A stretch of DNA of 63,517 nt, counting the filler, from Collodictyon triciliatum (lineage: Eukaryota), in NCBI GenBank assembly GCA_043381765.1. It is 19 parts of 19 records of this genome, joined end to end, with 100 filler letters (N's around TTAATTAATTAA, not from the genome) between each part and the next. Parts side by side here need not be neighbours in the genome. Positions count along the whole stretch, not along the records: positions 10,314 to 13,647 come from JBHJMP010007462.1; positions 13,748 to 17,079 come from JBHJMP010007463.1; positions 17,180 to 20,511 come from JBHJMP010007464.1; positions 20,612 to 23,940 come from JBHJMP010007465.1; positions 24,041 to 27,370 come from JBHJMP010007466.1; 14 more parts are not named here. One strand, given 5' to 3'. Shown in pieces: positions 12,211-24,551 of this stretch (positions within the stretch are counted from its first letter, which is position 1; each line of letters opens with the position of its first letter). Below the pieces are notes generated by a model that saw nothing but the letters and a program-made list of their open reading frames with translations, did no database searches and was not told where the DNA came from. The translations under genes were made by a program, and so were the position numbers.

Positions 12211-12732
12211 CCGCCTCTGGATGCGGCCAAGGCACTGTGTTTGTCCCTTTGCGAGGCCTTTCCACCATAAAAGCAGCGCCCGTGAAGTGTATGTCTATGC
12301 AGCATCGGCGGAATAGTCCGTTTCTTGTGTCATTCGGGATGGTGGGGGTATGTGTTTGGTTTATTGGTTTGGCGGGTTGGGTTGTTGTAATCACAGGCGA
12401 TGCAGGCGCTCCGCTGTGCCAGACTTGTCATGCGCCAGGCTCTGTCCCAGCGTGGTTACGAGTGGGCCTTTGGGGAATGGCTAGCAATAATTATTAGTGA
12501 ATGCAAATCCAGAGCCAAAAAGCAATCATGCTTGTGCGACCATGTGGCAGGAAAGGAGTTTGGTGCGGGGTCAGTGTCGCGAAGCGGGTGATAGCAAAGC
12601 CTCATTCTATTGCAAACGAGGATGTGTGCCTCTGTCGAGAACTAGTGGCGATGACGCTGCGCCCATAATCAATCAAGGGCAATAATGTAACTGTGGCTGC
12701 TACCCTCGAAAGTGGAATGCGCGATAAACAGC

Positions 12733-13107
12733 TTACTTGTCAGAGGGAGTGGAGTCGTTTTGGACGGACTGCTCGTAGATCAGGCGGTTGCGGTTGAACT
12801 GAACAAAAGAGGGTGCGATTAAGTTGAGTTCTCTTGCTGGCTTTGAAAGTCGATTCGCACAGCAAAAAACAATGCCAGGGCATGAAAGGGATTGGACGAC
12901 CAGTTCGCAGTGGAACTTGCACAGGCAGACGAAAGAGGCACAAAACGCAGCCGGACAAACCTCCTTGTGATGATGGAGGCACTCCAGGTAGTCCTCTCCG
13001 ATGGGGCGGCATGTGTCCGTGTCTTTCTCGTGCATACATTTGGAGTATTCCATCCAAAACTGATAACAGCGTCCAGTCTTTGTGCGAACTCCGTGTCCAG
13101 AGGCCAT
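12733..13107 (-). CDS. NDUFS5: Mitochondrial complex I 15 kDa subunit (twin CX9C)
   Basis: Exons 12961-13107 and 12733-12798: MASGHGVRTKTGRCYQFWMEYSKC...CRPIGEDYLECLHHHKE-FNRNRLI... Confidence 0.93.
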   Translation of the reverse strand: MASGHGVRTKTGRCYQFWMEYSKCMHEKDTDTCRPIGEDYLECLHHHKEVCPAAFCASFVCLCKFHCELVVQSLSCPGIVFCCANRLSKPARELNLIAPSFVQFNRNRLIYEQSVQNDSTPSDK

Positions 13108-13959
13108 CCTTCTGTCCTGCTTTGAACAAAGATTTTTTGTAGACAGACTTCTATTTTCCCTTGATCAAGTCGAGCTCCGACAGAGCAAAATGACGGAGTA
13201 GGCTGGCTGGCAAGACTGTGGTATTGTTGTTACTTGACTCCGCTTGAGGATATTCAGAGCCTCCGCTTTACCTCGATGGAGCCTGGCCAGCAACACGTAG
13301 TTGTTAGCGGGTGGCCGGCTTGATGCTGGTTGTGATTCTTGGGTTGTGTTTGATCGCATAATTTTCGTAGAACTTTACCTTATATGGAATATAAATGTAA
13401 ACTGGCAAAAGTCTCACAAAGACGATAAAAAATGATCAATTAATACCAATAATACATCATTTTTTTCCTTTATTCGATATACCAATAATACATCATAATA
13501 CTATATTAGTATTATATATAAAATTGAAATGTATCGAACAGAACTAAGATTGAGCCCAATAAAAACCCAATAAAAAACCCCAATAAAAAAACCCAATAAA
13601 AAAACCCAATAAAAAAACCCAATAAAAAAACCCCAATAAAAAAACCCNNNNNNNNNNNNNNNNNNNNNNNNNNNNNNNNNNNNNNNNNNNNTTAATTAAT
13701 TAANNNNNNNNNNNNNNNNNNNNNNNNNNNNNNNNNNNNNNNNNNNNAAAAAAAAGAAAAAAAAGAAAAAAAAGAAAAAAAAGAAAAAAAAAGAAAAAAA
13801 AGAAAAAAAAAGAAAAAAAGAAAAAAAAAGAAAAAAAAGAAAAAAAAGAAAAAAAAGAAAAAAAGAGAAAAAAAAGGAAAGAATGAACAATATCAGTCCC
13901 CAATTAATTATCCAAATTGCTTGTCGATTTTCTTATCTTTTGAAAATATGAACCTCATT

Positions 13960-16367
13960 AACTCTTTTTAATTCTAGCAACATATTGATTTCGTTTCTCA
14001 TTTTGATCAATGCAGTATAAGTGGTGTTGAGAACATCGCCTTCCGGAGTGCTTATCAACCCATTAACAACCTGAAAATATTTATGGAATGTGTTAATTAG
14101 ACTAAGTAGATTATCTTGGATAGATACCATCGGGATATGACCTGATTGCTAGGCTTTCCTAATTCTAGATATTCAGTAAATTACGCACGACGTACCGTTA
14201 TTTGATTCGCTTATGGTTGAGATTACGTAAGGCCAGGTACGATTAGTTAGCATAGCAATTAAGGCTTATAACTTTTGTTCAAGATAGATTTGTTAATTTG
14301 AAATATTTTTATGTATAATGAATTCATTTTCTTACATAAACTTTTCACTTTGTCCATATTAAACCTGTTCTCACCGCGTCGAGAAAAAAAAAAGGAAAAG
14401 TAGTGAAATAAATTATCGTTAAGTGCGATAAATAGAGCAGCATTCAACAAGTTTAAATCTATCCTTTTTCATTTTAACTTACGAATTACAAACTGCCTCT
14501 ACAACCCTGAGAAAATAAAAATAAATTGACAGAGTTTAGATTAAATAAAGCACAGTTTCGTATGCATTTCTCTCTCTTTCATATCATATTTACAAAGATA
14601 TTCGGAAACGCTACAAGTGAATGAGTGAAATAAATCAAAATATATCAAGGAATAGAAACAAATAAAATTTCAACCGGTGTATTTCTTGGACTATTTGAAT
14701 ATATAGCAAAGAATCCTTTGACTTGAGAACACAATCCAGTCCATTTACTTGAACAAGGATTACTGTGGCAGCTGGATTGTAATAATTGGGGTATTTCATC
14801 GTCTCATGCTCTGAAAGATGAAAGGCGACATCCCTGGAAGTCGATGGATGAATCAGATAAAGAAAGAAAATAGGATTATACATTTATATTAAAATAAATA
14901 GAGTCTGATGTATAAATATCATGAAGGATGGCAAAATAAAATAAAAATAATCTACTGCCCCCTCAGGAATGATTGATTTTTTTTTTACTTACTTTGGGAA
15001 TATGTTGTTCAATAGTTCTAGAGTCTTTTTCTTCTCAGACTGAACCATTTGTTTAGAAGATAGCAGGACCCTAACCTTGTGGCTTTTCCTATAATTTGAG
15101 AGAAAAATGAATCCAGATGCTAGAAAATTAAAATAAAATCAGAAAATTAAACAAATCATCAATTTTTTTTATCGATGGTATTCTTCTAACGATTAGATTG
15201 TAGATTATTTATGGTAGAACCTCCTTTCCAGTTTGTCTGTGGCCCAAGCTGATATAAGTTGCGATATAACCATGTACAAAATGGGATAGGTAAGATAAAT
15301 CGACTCCTCTGTATCCAAATACTTTATGGAAATCACAAAGAAGGCAAAAATCATCGTAAATGACTCTGTTGAAATGATGGCAAAAGGGCGACGAGTGATC
15401 GAGACCAGTCCCTGTGAGTATTGTTGGAAAAAAGTTTTCTTGTATATTAACATTACATGGGACCACAGCTTTATATAGAGGTGATATCAACATCCTGCGG
15501 TTAATTTAATGATAATGCGTTGGTTTTGAAAGCCTTATAGAAATTCAATAGATGATTTAAAATCATGTATGTTCAATTACGTTTATGAATATAAGAATAA
15601 GGTAAGAGGGCGAGTCTTGGTGATACAACAGACGCACAGTGATCGTCGGTGTGTATGTGACTAACGCAATAATAGACATGATAATAAAGTACGACCTAAT
15701 TTCGTTCTTGAGTAAATATGCAGTTATATTGACGAATATATATTTAAAAGAAGGTCCATAAGCAAAGAGCGAATGAAATTTTATGCTTGAAGCGAAGGGA
15801 ACGATTCATTATTTTATGGCTTGAAATTATTATAAATGTATTATACCTTCTATTTAAAGCTCTGGTCAGTACAAAAATAAGAGTTACAAAAATAACACAC
15901 AACACTGCTCCAGTCATATATACGGAGAGCCTTTATTTTATGAAAGTGAAAAATATAAGGGTATTAATCATAAAATGACAGGATAATGTGAAGCGATGTG
16001 ATAATAGGAATAACTTCGTCTAGACTCATTTCTGTCAGGTTGATACTTTTGTGCATGATATTTACGCTAAACAATATGAAAAATAGAAACGATTCATGAG
16101 CTGAACATGCGAGACGATCACGTGCGGAATGTGTATAATTTGTCCATGTATAATGTCTATACCAAGTTGAAGACATGGTAATTCCAAGAACCGATGCAGA
16201 GGGAAAGAGCGAGAGAATTAATGCCCATTTGAGAACGCGTTGCATCCTCTGAGCGCATGCATTCCAGTAGTCATCTTCGTCGCATTCGCTCTGAAACCTG
16301 TGTAGGCAATTGATTATCACCACAGGATTAAATTGCCGCTGTGGCGTGTGGCTGCGGAACCAATAAC

Positions 16368-16447
<80 letters not shown>

Positions 16448-16909
16448 AATGGAAGTAAAAATAGAAATAGAAATAGAAATAGAAATAGAAATAGAAATAG
16501 AAATAGATATAGAAATAGATATAGAAATAGATATAGAAATAGATATAGAAATAGAAATAGAAATAGAAATAGAAAGAAAGGGAAAGAAAGAGAAAGAGCT
16601 CTGTACAGGCAGAAACCTGAGAGAAAAACTGGACAAGATGGGCTCTTGCTTCAACCCCGCAGAAATCAGGGGCCGGACGGCGTTGTAGGACTCGTCAGAG
16701 TATATGGACCGCTGCGAACGAAAGGGGGCCTCGGATTTGCTTTGGCTGCTGTGTCCATCGACACTCCGGTCGCTGGCTTGCTGGGGCTTCTGAAGGATGG
16801 AAAAGAGCTCGTCCCACGGATCGAGCACCTCTTCGTTTTGCCGGCGTAGCACATCAGCTCGGGCAGAGTCTGTGCTCGAAGCCCCGAAACGCGAGGCGGG
16901 ATCAGGCAT
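13960..16909 (-). CDS. Multi-pass membrane class III adenylyl/guanylyl cyclase, first cyclase domain degenerate, 3'-partial
   Basis: ATG 16909, several hydrophobic TM exons (15200-16300), then LELLNNIFPK-DVAFHL (cf. LLxNILPxxVAxxL), ATVILVQVNG and FNMDKVKSL-CHIPM-VVNGL (cf. KIKTIGDxYMVVSGL). Confidence 0.75.
16366..16575. repeat. Compound (GAAA)n/(ATAGAA)n/(ATAGATATAGAA)n microsatellite in cyclase intron 1
   Basis: Directly visible; lies between the donor at 16616 and the acceptor near 16298. Confidence 0.95.
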
Positions 16910-17476
16910 GACAGGTTGTGTGCCGCAGACAAAAGGGCGGCTGCAGATCTTCTTAGCGGCGGCTGCGGTATTTATAGTGCGTTTATACTGTGTTTATACT
17001 GTGTTTATACTGTGTTTATACTGTGTTTATACTGTGTTTATACTGTGTTTATACTGTGTTTATACTGTGTTTATACTGTNNNNNNNNNNNNNNNNNNNNN
17101 NNNNNNNNNNNNNNNNNNNNNNNTTAATTAATTAANNNNNNNNNNNNNNNNNNNNNNNNNNNNNNNNNNNNNNNNNNNNAAGAAAGAAAAGAAAGAAAAG
17201 AAAGAAAAGAAAGAAAAGAAAGAAAAGAAAGAAAAGAAAGAAAAGAAAGAAAAGAAAGAAAAGAAAGAAAAGAAAGAAAAGAAAGGAAAAGAAAGAAAAG
17301 AAAAGAAAGAAAATAAAGTAAAATAAAATAAAATAAAATAAAATAAAATAAAATAAAATAAAATAAAATAAAATAAAATAAAATAAAATAAAATAAAAGA
17401 AAAGAAAAAGAGAGGAAAGATTTTAATGCAGTTAAAGAAATTGCCAAGATTAAATTTATAGTCCCATGTTTTCTGC

Positions 17477-20288
17477 TCAAAATTCATCGTCGTCTTCGTT
17501 GTCGAGAGGAAATAGTGATTGTGTGCCACTTGCGTGATAGCCGTAGCGGTTGGGAACCATGAATCGGTGGCGCCACTGTGACTTTGTGACAAAGCGCGAA
17601 AACCAATTGAAATCATATACACATATATATGTGAATGCACATACATATAAAAATCCAATGACAGAAGCCAAGCCAATGGTGACAGGTCTATATTTGGTTT
17701 TATTGTTATATTTTAATACCGGATTTTCTTAAATATCCACTGATAATCTCCTTCGTTTGACTTGAAAAAATTTCATCCTTGTTAAATAAAACAAAGGGAA
17801 AACAAACATGATTTGTGCGGACATAAATATATTTTCACGCATGTTACTATTAACGACCTTGGAACGACTTCATCAGAAACCCCCACAAGCGAAATGACTA
17901 TCCAAGATAGATTAACCAGGAGAAGAAGGGCAGCAATGGTGTACATGAAAGAGGCAACCTTGGAATGACACGGTTAGATCAGAATTTTCCTTTTGTCTTT
18001 GATTGCCCTTTCGGTTGTCTCTGAAGATGCAAAACTTTGAAGAGAACAAAGTGCTCAGTAAATAAGATGAGAATTCTTTACCAACTCGTTGTTTACGAAT
18101 GGCCCCATTTTGGATTTGTCAGATGTAAATTTTACAAGAGACACCACAATTAAAGGAGTGCAGATTGATACGATAATCTGGTGGTAGTTGTTTCATGGCA
18201 AGAGAAGAAAAAAAAAGAGAATCAATTGAATGGCAGCAGAACCTGAAATGGCACAAAAATCGATTCGAAAGGGATTAATTCTTTATACGAACTACACTTC
18301 CTATTCTTTTTCGCAGTGTATCTTATGTTCTCCATCGATAAAAAAAAAATAATCTATTAATGCAGATGTACAAAAGATTGGATGGAACATAACATACCAA
18401 GCAGTAATAAATCGTATCATAGAGTGCTTTACTTCCACCGAAAATAGATATGAAGAACACAGGCAGGAATGAGCCCAAACGAATAACCCCATGGATTTTG
18501 AACAACTCAAACTTTGACCCCATGTGTTTCTACATGAATAATTATAAGAAGCAGTGAATTGATCTGAAACAAAGAGTTCATATCCCATCTCTTATCTCTA
18601 TTGCAACATTTATATGCTACGAGTTGCCATATGCAATCCAAATATTGGTCTTGTGTATATAGAATAAGAGCACAAACTTCTGTGGCAATATGGTCACATA
18701 GCGTCGTTTGAATGCTTCCGACTAAGCCCGTACAAACCAAAGTGAGGCCATAGACGAGGTTGGATAGCCCTCTTTCAATCACGTTTACCAAAGGAATAAA
18801 ACATTAGTAAAGATATAGGAAAAGAATAATTGATTCTATGGACATCGATCTCCTCTTTGAATGACATTACCGAAAGAAAGACTGGATGCAAATGGAAATA
18901 AGTGATTAATTATGATATGTAAGGAGAAACCTTGGAAAGATAAAGCCTAATATGTGCGAGCCATCTTGAAGACTGGATATCCCAACCTTATTCTCGAAAA
19001 ACTCTTTCGTAGAGACTACAACAGAAATGCTAATTTAAACCCCGTTATGAAATGACTGATGAAATTGAAAGGCGTGCGTGTGCCTAAATTAAGATAAATG
19101 ATATGAAAGGCGAAAACTTACGAGACATAATTAACAGCATAAAGAACCAGTAGCAGACTTTGCATACAAAAAGCTCCATTGACGTAGCCAGGATAATATC
19201 TCTCACTGTACGTTCAGAATGTTCGTGCATGCGAGTCTATTTTCCCCCCAAAATCAAAATAACGATATTTGTAATGAAGTCAGAAATAAAGTGTGCGAGA
19301 ACACACTTCAATATTATCATATATTTCGAATGTTGACGGTAAACTGTTGGAACTTATGATTCTAGAAGCTATATACGAGCATTTACCGTGACGATGCCCG
19401 ATTGTAGAAATAGTGATTGCGGTGAAAAAGTAGATGCAAATACGCACAAAGCTGTTCCCAACAAGGACTTTGGAAGAGTCGGTGCAAGTCCAGACACAAC
19501 ATGGCCGAAGCCGATATTAGAGAACAAGAGACTTGCGAAAAAACAAAGCCCGGATAAAAATATAGCAGAGCCTACGAAGAATAGATAATAATATCATTCT
19601 TATTACGGTTTACGGATAATTTTCAATCAGAATCATGAAAACGACATACATTCCATAGTCATCGTCTAGTGCGGGATTAAAAAGTACCGACAGCAATTTC
19701 AAAGTATCTGGCTTTGTCGTTGTATATGTGCTTGACAAGAACAAAGTCTAGAAAGGTTGCGACCATACATAAAGGAAGTGGCATGGTGAAGAGGACGTTG
19801 AGGCCTACAGCGATGCCGACCAACTGCGCCATATCGGTGCAAATAACTGCAACCTATCCAAGTTTATAGATAAATAAATTGGAGAGTAGACATTCAGAGT
19901 GATAACGATTGTCTAAAATAATAGTATTACGCAATTTTAGGTTTATATATTTTTTTTTTAAAAAAAAACTATTGTAGTAAACCTTCATCACACAGAATAT
20001 AATCCTGCTCATGGTTCTTGGAAACTCTTCGTCACAGTGCTCGCATAAATCTTCCTCTAAGTATGATACATTCAATAATACATGAACGGATAGATATTAA
20101 TTAGTATATACTTTGATAATTTTACAACATGGTTTACACAAAAAGTAGCGGTATAAACGTACCAGTCGCTAATCCAAGTCTTGTTGCTGTAATCTGAAAC
20201 ATCCAGCCAATCAAAATTCCGATCGATATAACCCAAAGAAAATCCATTCCTGACGAAGCACCGGCTTCCAAGTTGGCCATGATAGTTC
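17477..20288 (-). CDS. Divergent NRAMP/SLC11 (MntH) family transporter, 5'-partial
   Basis: Exons give GTIMANLEAGASSGMDFLWVISIGILIGWMFQITATRLGLATG-EDLCEHCDEEFPR...MK-VAVICTDMAQLVGIAVGLNVLFTMPL...FSPQSLFLQSGIV...PLIVVSLVKFTSDKSKMGPFVN...DDDEF-TGA, collinear with the NRAMP TM segments. Confidence 0.88.
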
Positions 20289-20456
20289 CTGTGTAAAAGA
20301 AGCATTTCGTCCATAAAGATAAATGAAACCAGTCTCAAATTGCAAAGTAGCATATCGTGCGGGTGATTTAAAGTGCTCATGTAGCCACGAGTATGTAAAA
20401 CAACAACGACAACCACCACCACCACCACCACCACCACCACCACCACCACCACCACC

Positions 20457-20511
<55 letters not shown>

Positions 20512-20759
20512 NNNNNNNNNNNNNNNNNNNNNNNNNNNNNNNNNNNNNNNNNNNNTTAATTAATTAANNNNNNNNNNNNNNNNNNNNNNNNNNNNNNNNN
20601 NNNNNNNNNNNAAAACGAAAACGAAAACGAAAACGAAAACTAAAACTAAAACTAAAACTAAAACTAAAACTAAAACTAAAACTAAAACTAAAACTAAAAC
20701 TAAAACTAAAACTAAAACTAAAACTAAAACTAAAACTAAAACTTATGAATTCGTTACTT

Positions 20760-23745
20760 GTTCAGCTAGATGATTCAATCCATATTTATTGGCAAACGAT
20801 AGATGAACAAAATTTTGGAAATTAAGCCTTGGTCTGGGATAGAAGTAAATTTTAATCCATAAAAATTACAACATGGAAAAGGAAAGTCAAAAATATGGCT
20901 TTATTTTAAGAAAATAAGACGACCTTATCAAGACGTAATGAAAATAGTATTTTATATCTGATCCTGAAACATTTTTTTTCGTTAAGACACGGGTTTGATT
21001 TATATTAATATGCGATACCTATTTTCAGCGTCTGACAAATTGTCGTTTTGAATCTTGTCCAAAAACAAACTGTCAATATGCTTAACAACCTGATGAAAAC
21101 CCCAAGGTTTTCCATAGCCTATTGTTAAGTTTCAATCATTTCTATCGAACAAATAATCCAGCCAGAAAATGAACTATTTCATTGAACTCATACATGCATA
21201 TTGTAGTAATATAATAAATATTGCAGGACGGAATTGCAATCACACACCGACTCTGAATGAATCAAAAAATATAGCCCATGGCTCTGTAAAGATTGCTTTG
21301 GTTGACTAAGTTGTTTATGTATGAGGTTAGTACTGAACCAAATTACATGCAGTCACTTTTGTATGATATTATAAATAATATTAAATTTGATGCCACACAC
21401 CGCTGGAGGGAGGGGGATGTCAAGCGGCAAAGTTTGCGACCCGGTATGACAAAACTCAACGGGGCGAGAAACGAATAGTCTAAATTCGTCAACTTCTCGC
21501 TGCAGTTTGGATACAGTCGTTTCCAACTCTTGTATCATCACCCTGTACTTGTTAACTTCTGCTACTGTATCACGCAAGCTTTGAAGTTGGGCGTTATATC
21601 TTTCATGAGTTTCTTTCAATTCTTGCTCTGGAGACAACCCATCAATCTTTGATGGTTCTCTATTCTTAAATGCAGTTAGCGACGTGGACATGCTTAGTGT
21701 CTCCCCTAGTAGAGGCATAGTCATTCGTCAGTCGATTAATTGCCAATAATTTAACATTTTTAAGTGTGGATATTCAAAAAAATTACGGAACATAATCAGC
21801 TACCTATGTTGTCCAAGACATGCTTCAAGGCCGAACGGTAACTTTCTGATATATTCAGTCTATTGGACAGGAAAATTTTATCTTCGCGCTCTCGAAGCCG
21901 GACTGTCTCCAAATCAGCAGCAAACATTCCTCCTCTTTCATGGGAAACTCGGAGATCGTAGGTTTGGCTAAGTTTTTATATGCAATTTTATTTGCCTTAA
22001 AGAATGTATCCACAAAAAAAAAAATGAATTGTATAAGTGGGTGAATGAGGCTTACTTTTCAATTTTCTTCAGCAAAGAGTGTTTTTCTATTTCATAGGCA
22101 TTCCTGATTCTATTAACTTCCTCTTCATGTTTGCGATATTCTTAATTGTCAAAGAGGGAAAACTTATAAATATCGTGCGGAATTATTCTTTTAATTTTAA
22201 CTCGAGGACAAATAGTATGTTATGGGTAAAAATATAATCTATAATGGCCATGACAAAATTATTCAAAAATGGAACTGAATCTAACCTTCATCTTTTGCTT
22301 TCGCAATATTCATTATTTCTCTAAACTTTTCCTCGTACAAGATAACGAGTCCATTGTATAAATCGTTGAGAAACTCTCCCCGCTCGAGGCAGTGCACTGT
22401 AACCTACCAATCATAATTAGGAAATGATCTTGAGAATAGTAGTGATCTACGTAAATGAAGGCTGCAATCTACTTGACGTATGATTTCGTTGAAACAGGAT
22501 GTGTAAACTGCTTTGGATGACTCGAAGTTTTCTATGAAATAAAAATGCATAAGCTTTCCTTGGAGAAACGAGTTTATAAAATCATGACTAGACAAAAAAG
22601 TTACATTTTTAATGTAAAAAAAAAAACTTGCATAATTATTAGAGCTGAAGGAACTTACCCACTGTGTCCCCTACGTCATCCAACATGCTTTGGTGGCATT
22701 CCCTCAGCATAAGGACTTCTCTTCTACTGGACGGGATACGAGAAGGGAAAGTCCTCTTCAACTGCCTGCCGCCTAGTGATTGTTGGATAAAGCATGACGA
22801 TAAACAAAATGAGAAGAGAAAGAGAAGGGACATTTATGCCTAAGTTTTTTTCCCTCTACTCGACTCAAAGTACAACAGGGTTATGTCATACAAGGGGCGA
22901 GATAGGTGACATTTATGCATAATTTAAACGATTGGACTATGTAAATAAGAAAAAACCATTTCCCGTATCCTCATCAACAATTTCCCAAATGTGATATTTT
23001 TCTGGTATCGCTGTAGCAAACGTATCTGCCAGGTTTTGTCCCCCGGACATATCCGCTTTTGGTAGAATCCCGTGGTGTCTCCTGTCTCCAACATAGGAGA
23101 TGTCTGAGCCCTTTACATGTCAAAAGGGTGCGTCATTCGCTAGTATTATGTTGGAGCTTGATTGTCTCTTAAACTCTACGTCATTGGTGTAACTTACAGC
23201 ACCAGACACGTAGTTAGCCAGCGCCGGATTTCGCCCAGTCTGGAGCCTACCTGTCGCAGACATGGGTCGGATGTAGTTTTCTAGTCCCGAAGGTTCGCCA
23301 TTGCTCCGAGTTGGGCTGATTTGTGCTGCACGTTCATATTCAAATGTAAAATGACATGATATTCTATCTGTTAGAGCGTTTAAAATTATGGTTTGATTTC
23401 CTCTGGCATTCGTGATGAATATATTCGATGAGGAAAAAGTAGCTGTAATTTTCGTTTTTTTTTTAAAAAAAAAATCATGTAACTAAAAGAAAAAAGTATT
23501 TATTTTCCCTTTCGAGATGTAAAAATGAGATTTTAGGAGCGTGTCTTTTATCACCCGATGAATAATAGAAAAATAAGTATCTTTAGGAATCTGAGCTTGG
23601 GTGACTATGATTACCTGCTAGTCTGCTTGTCGATTTTGGGGCTGGGTTCGGAAAGTTTATGCGTGACGTGGAGGGTGCTTTGCTGGAGGAGGATATGTTT
23701 CCGACACTTTTCTGAGACTTTCTGGATGTTAAATGAATCCTCAGT
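20760..23745 (-). CDS. AXDND1: Axonemal dynein light chain (p28) domain protein with coiled-coil tail, partial at both ends
   Basis: AIPEKYHI; FPSRIPSSRREVLMLRECHQSMLD; YTSCFNEIIRQ-VTVHCLERGEFL (p28-domain signature CFxELIRQVTxxCxERG); followed by coiled-coil exons. Confidence 0.75.
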
Positions 23746-24041
23746 GAGCAGTCAAATAAGTATCAAAATATATAGTGACCAGCTGCACAATCAAAATTTA
23801 CTCGCTACTCTCCAATTCAGGAGAGATTCAGTCAGCTTCCTTTTCTTTTTTTTTCTTTTTTTCTTTTTTTCTTTTTTTCTTTTTTTCTTTTTTTCTTTTT
23901 TTCTTTTTTTCTTTTTTTCTTTTTTTCTTTTTTTCTTTTTNNNNNNNNNNNNNNNNNNNNNNNNNNNNNNNNNNNNNNNNNNNNTTAATTAATTAANNNN
24001 NNNNNNNNNNNNNNNNNNNNNNNNNNNNNNNNNNNNNNNNC

Positions 24042-24258
24042 TGCGTGGAAGACTTTCGAAAGCAGACAAACAAATGCCCCATCTGTCGGTCAGGTAGCAT
24101 GCAAGCAGCAAACCGAAATAGCCATAATATACATATATTCATACATAAATGTAGTAAGACATCAATCACGAATGTGATTTGATACTGGGTTGGCCTCAGG
24201 CATCCGCTCCTACCTGGTTGTCAAGGCCGAATCCGAGTCCCAGCAGGCAGATGCATAA
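24042..24258 (+). CDS. C-terminal RING-HC end of an MGRN1/LOG2-like E3 ligase (last two exons)
   Basis: CVEDFRKQTNKCPICRS, intron 24094-24199, then GIRSYLVVKAESESQQADA-TAA. Confidence 0.65.
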
Positions 24259-24551
24259 TCCAATCACCAGAAAAGAAAAGAAAACAATGATATTTTCCTT
24301 CACCTTTCATCTTCCTTTTTTAATTCCTTAAAATAAAAGGCGCCTCCCACACTCTATTGCTGTGCATTTAGCGATGGAATATGATGCAATCGGTAGAACA
24401 CGCGGAACGGTCCGCTTCCCTTGAAACAAAACAAAGCGGACAAACGGTGTGAAGGCATGGGCATGGGCATGTTTAGATGTTACGGATTCTCCCTTCCTCG
24501 TCTTATTCCTTTTCCTCAGTCTCGTTCTCTGCATCGCAGGCGCCCGTGCGC

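Noticed and set aside
20072-20458. GYIDRNF as an EIN2-like variant of the NRAMP DPGN motif
   Set aside because: Wrong frame; the frame matching NRAMP TM1-2 reads GTIMANLEAG...RLGLATG.
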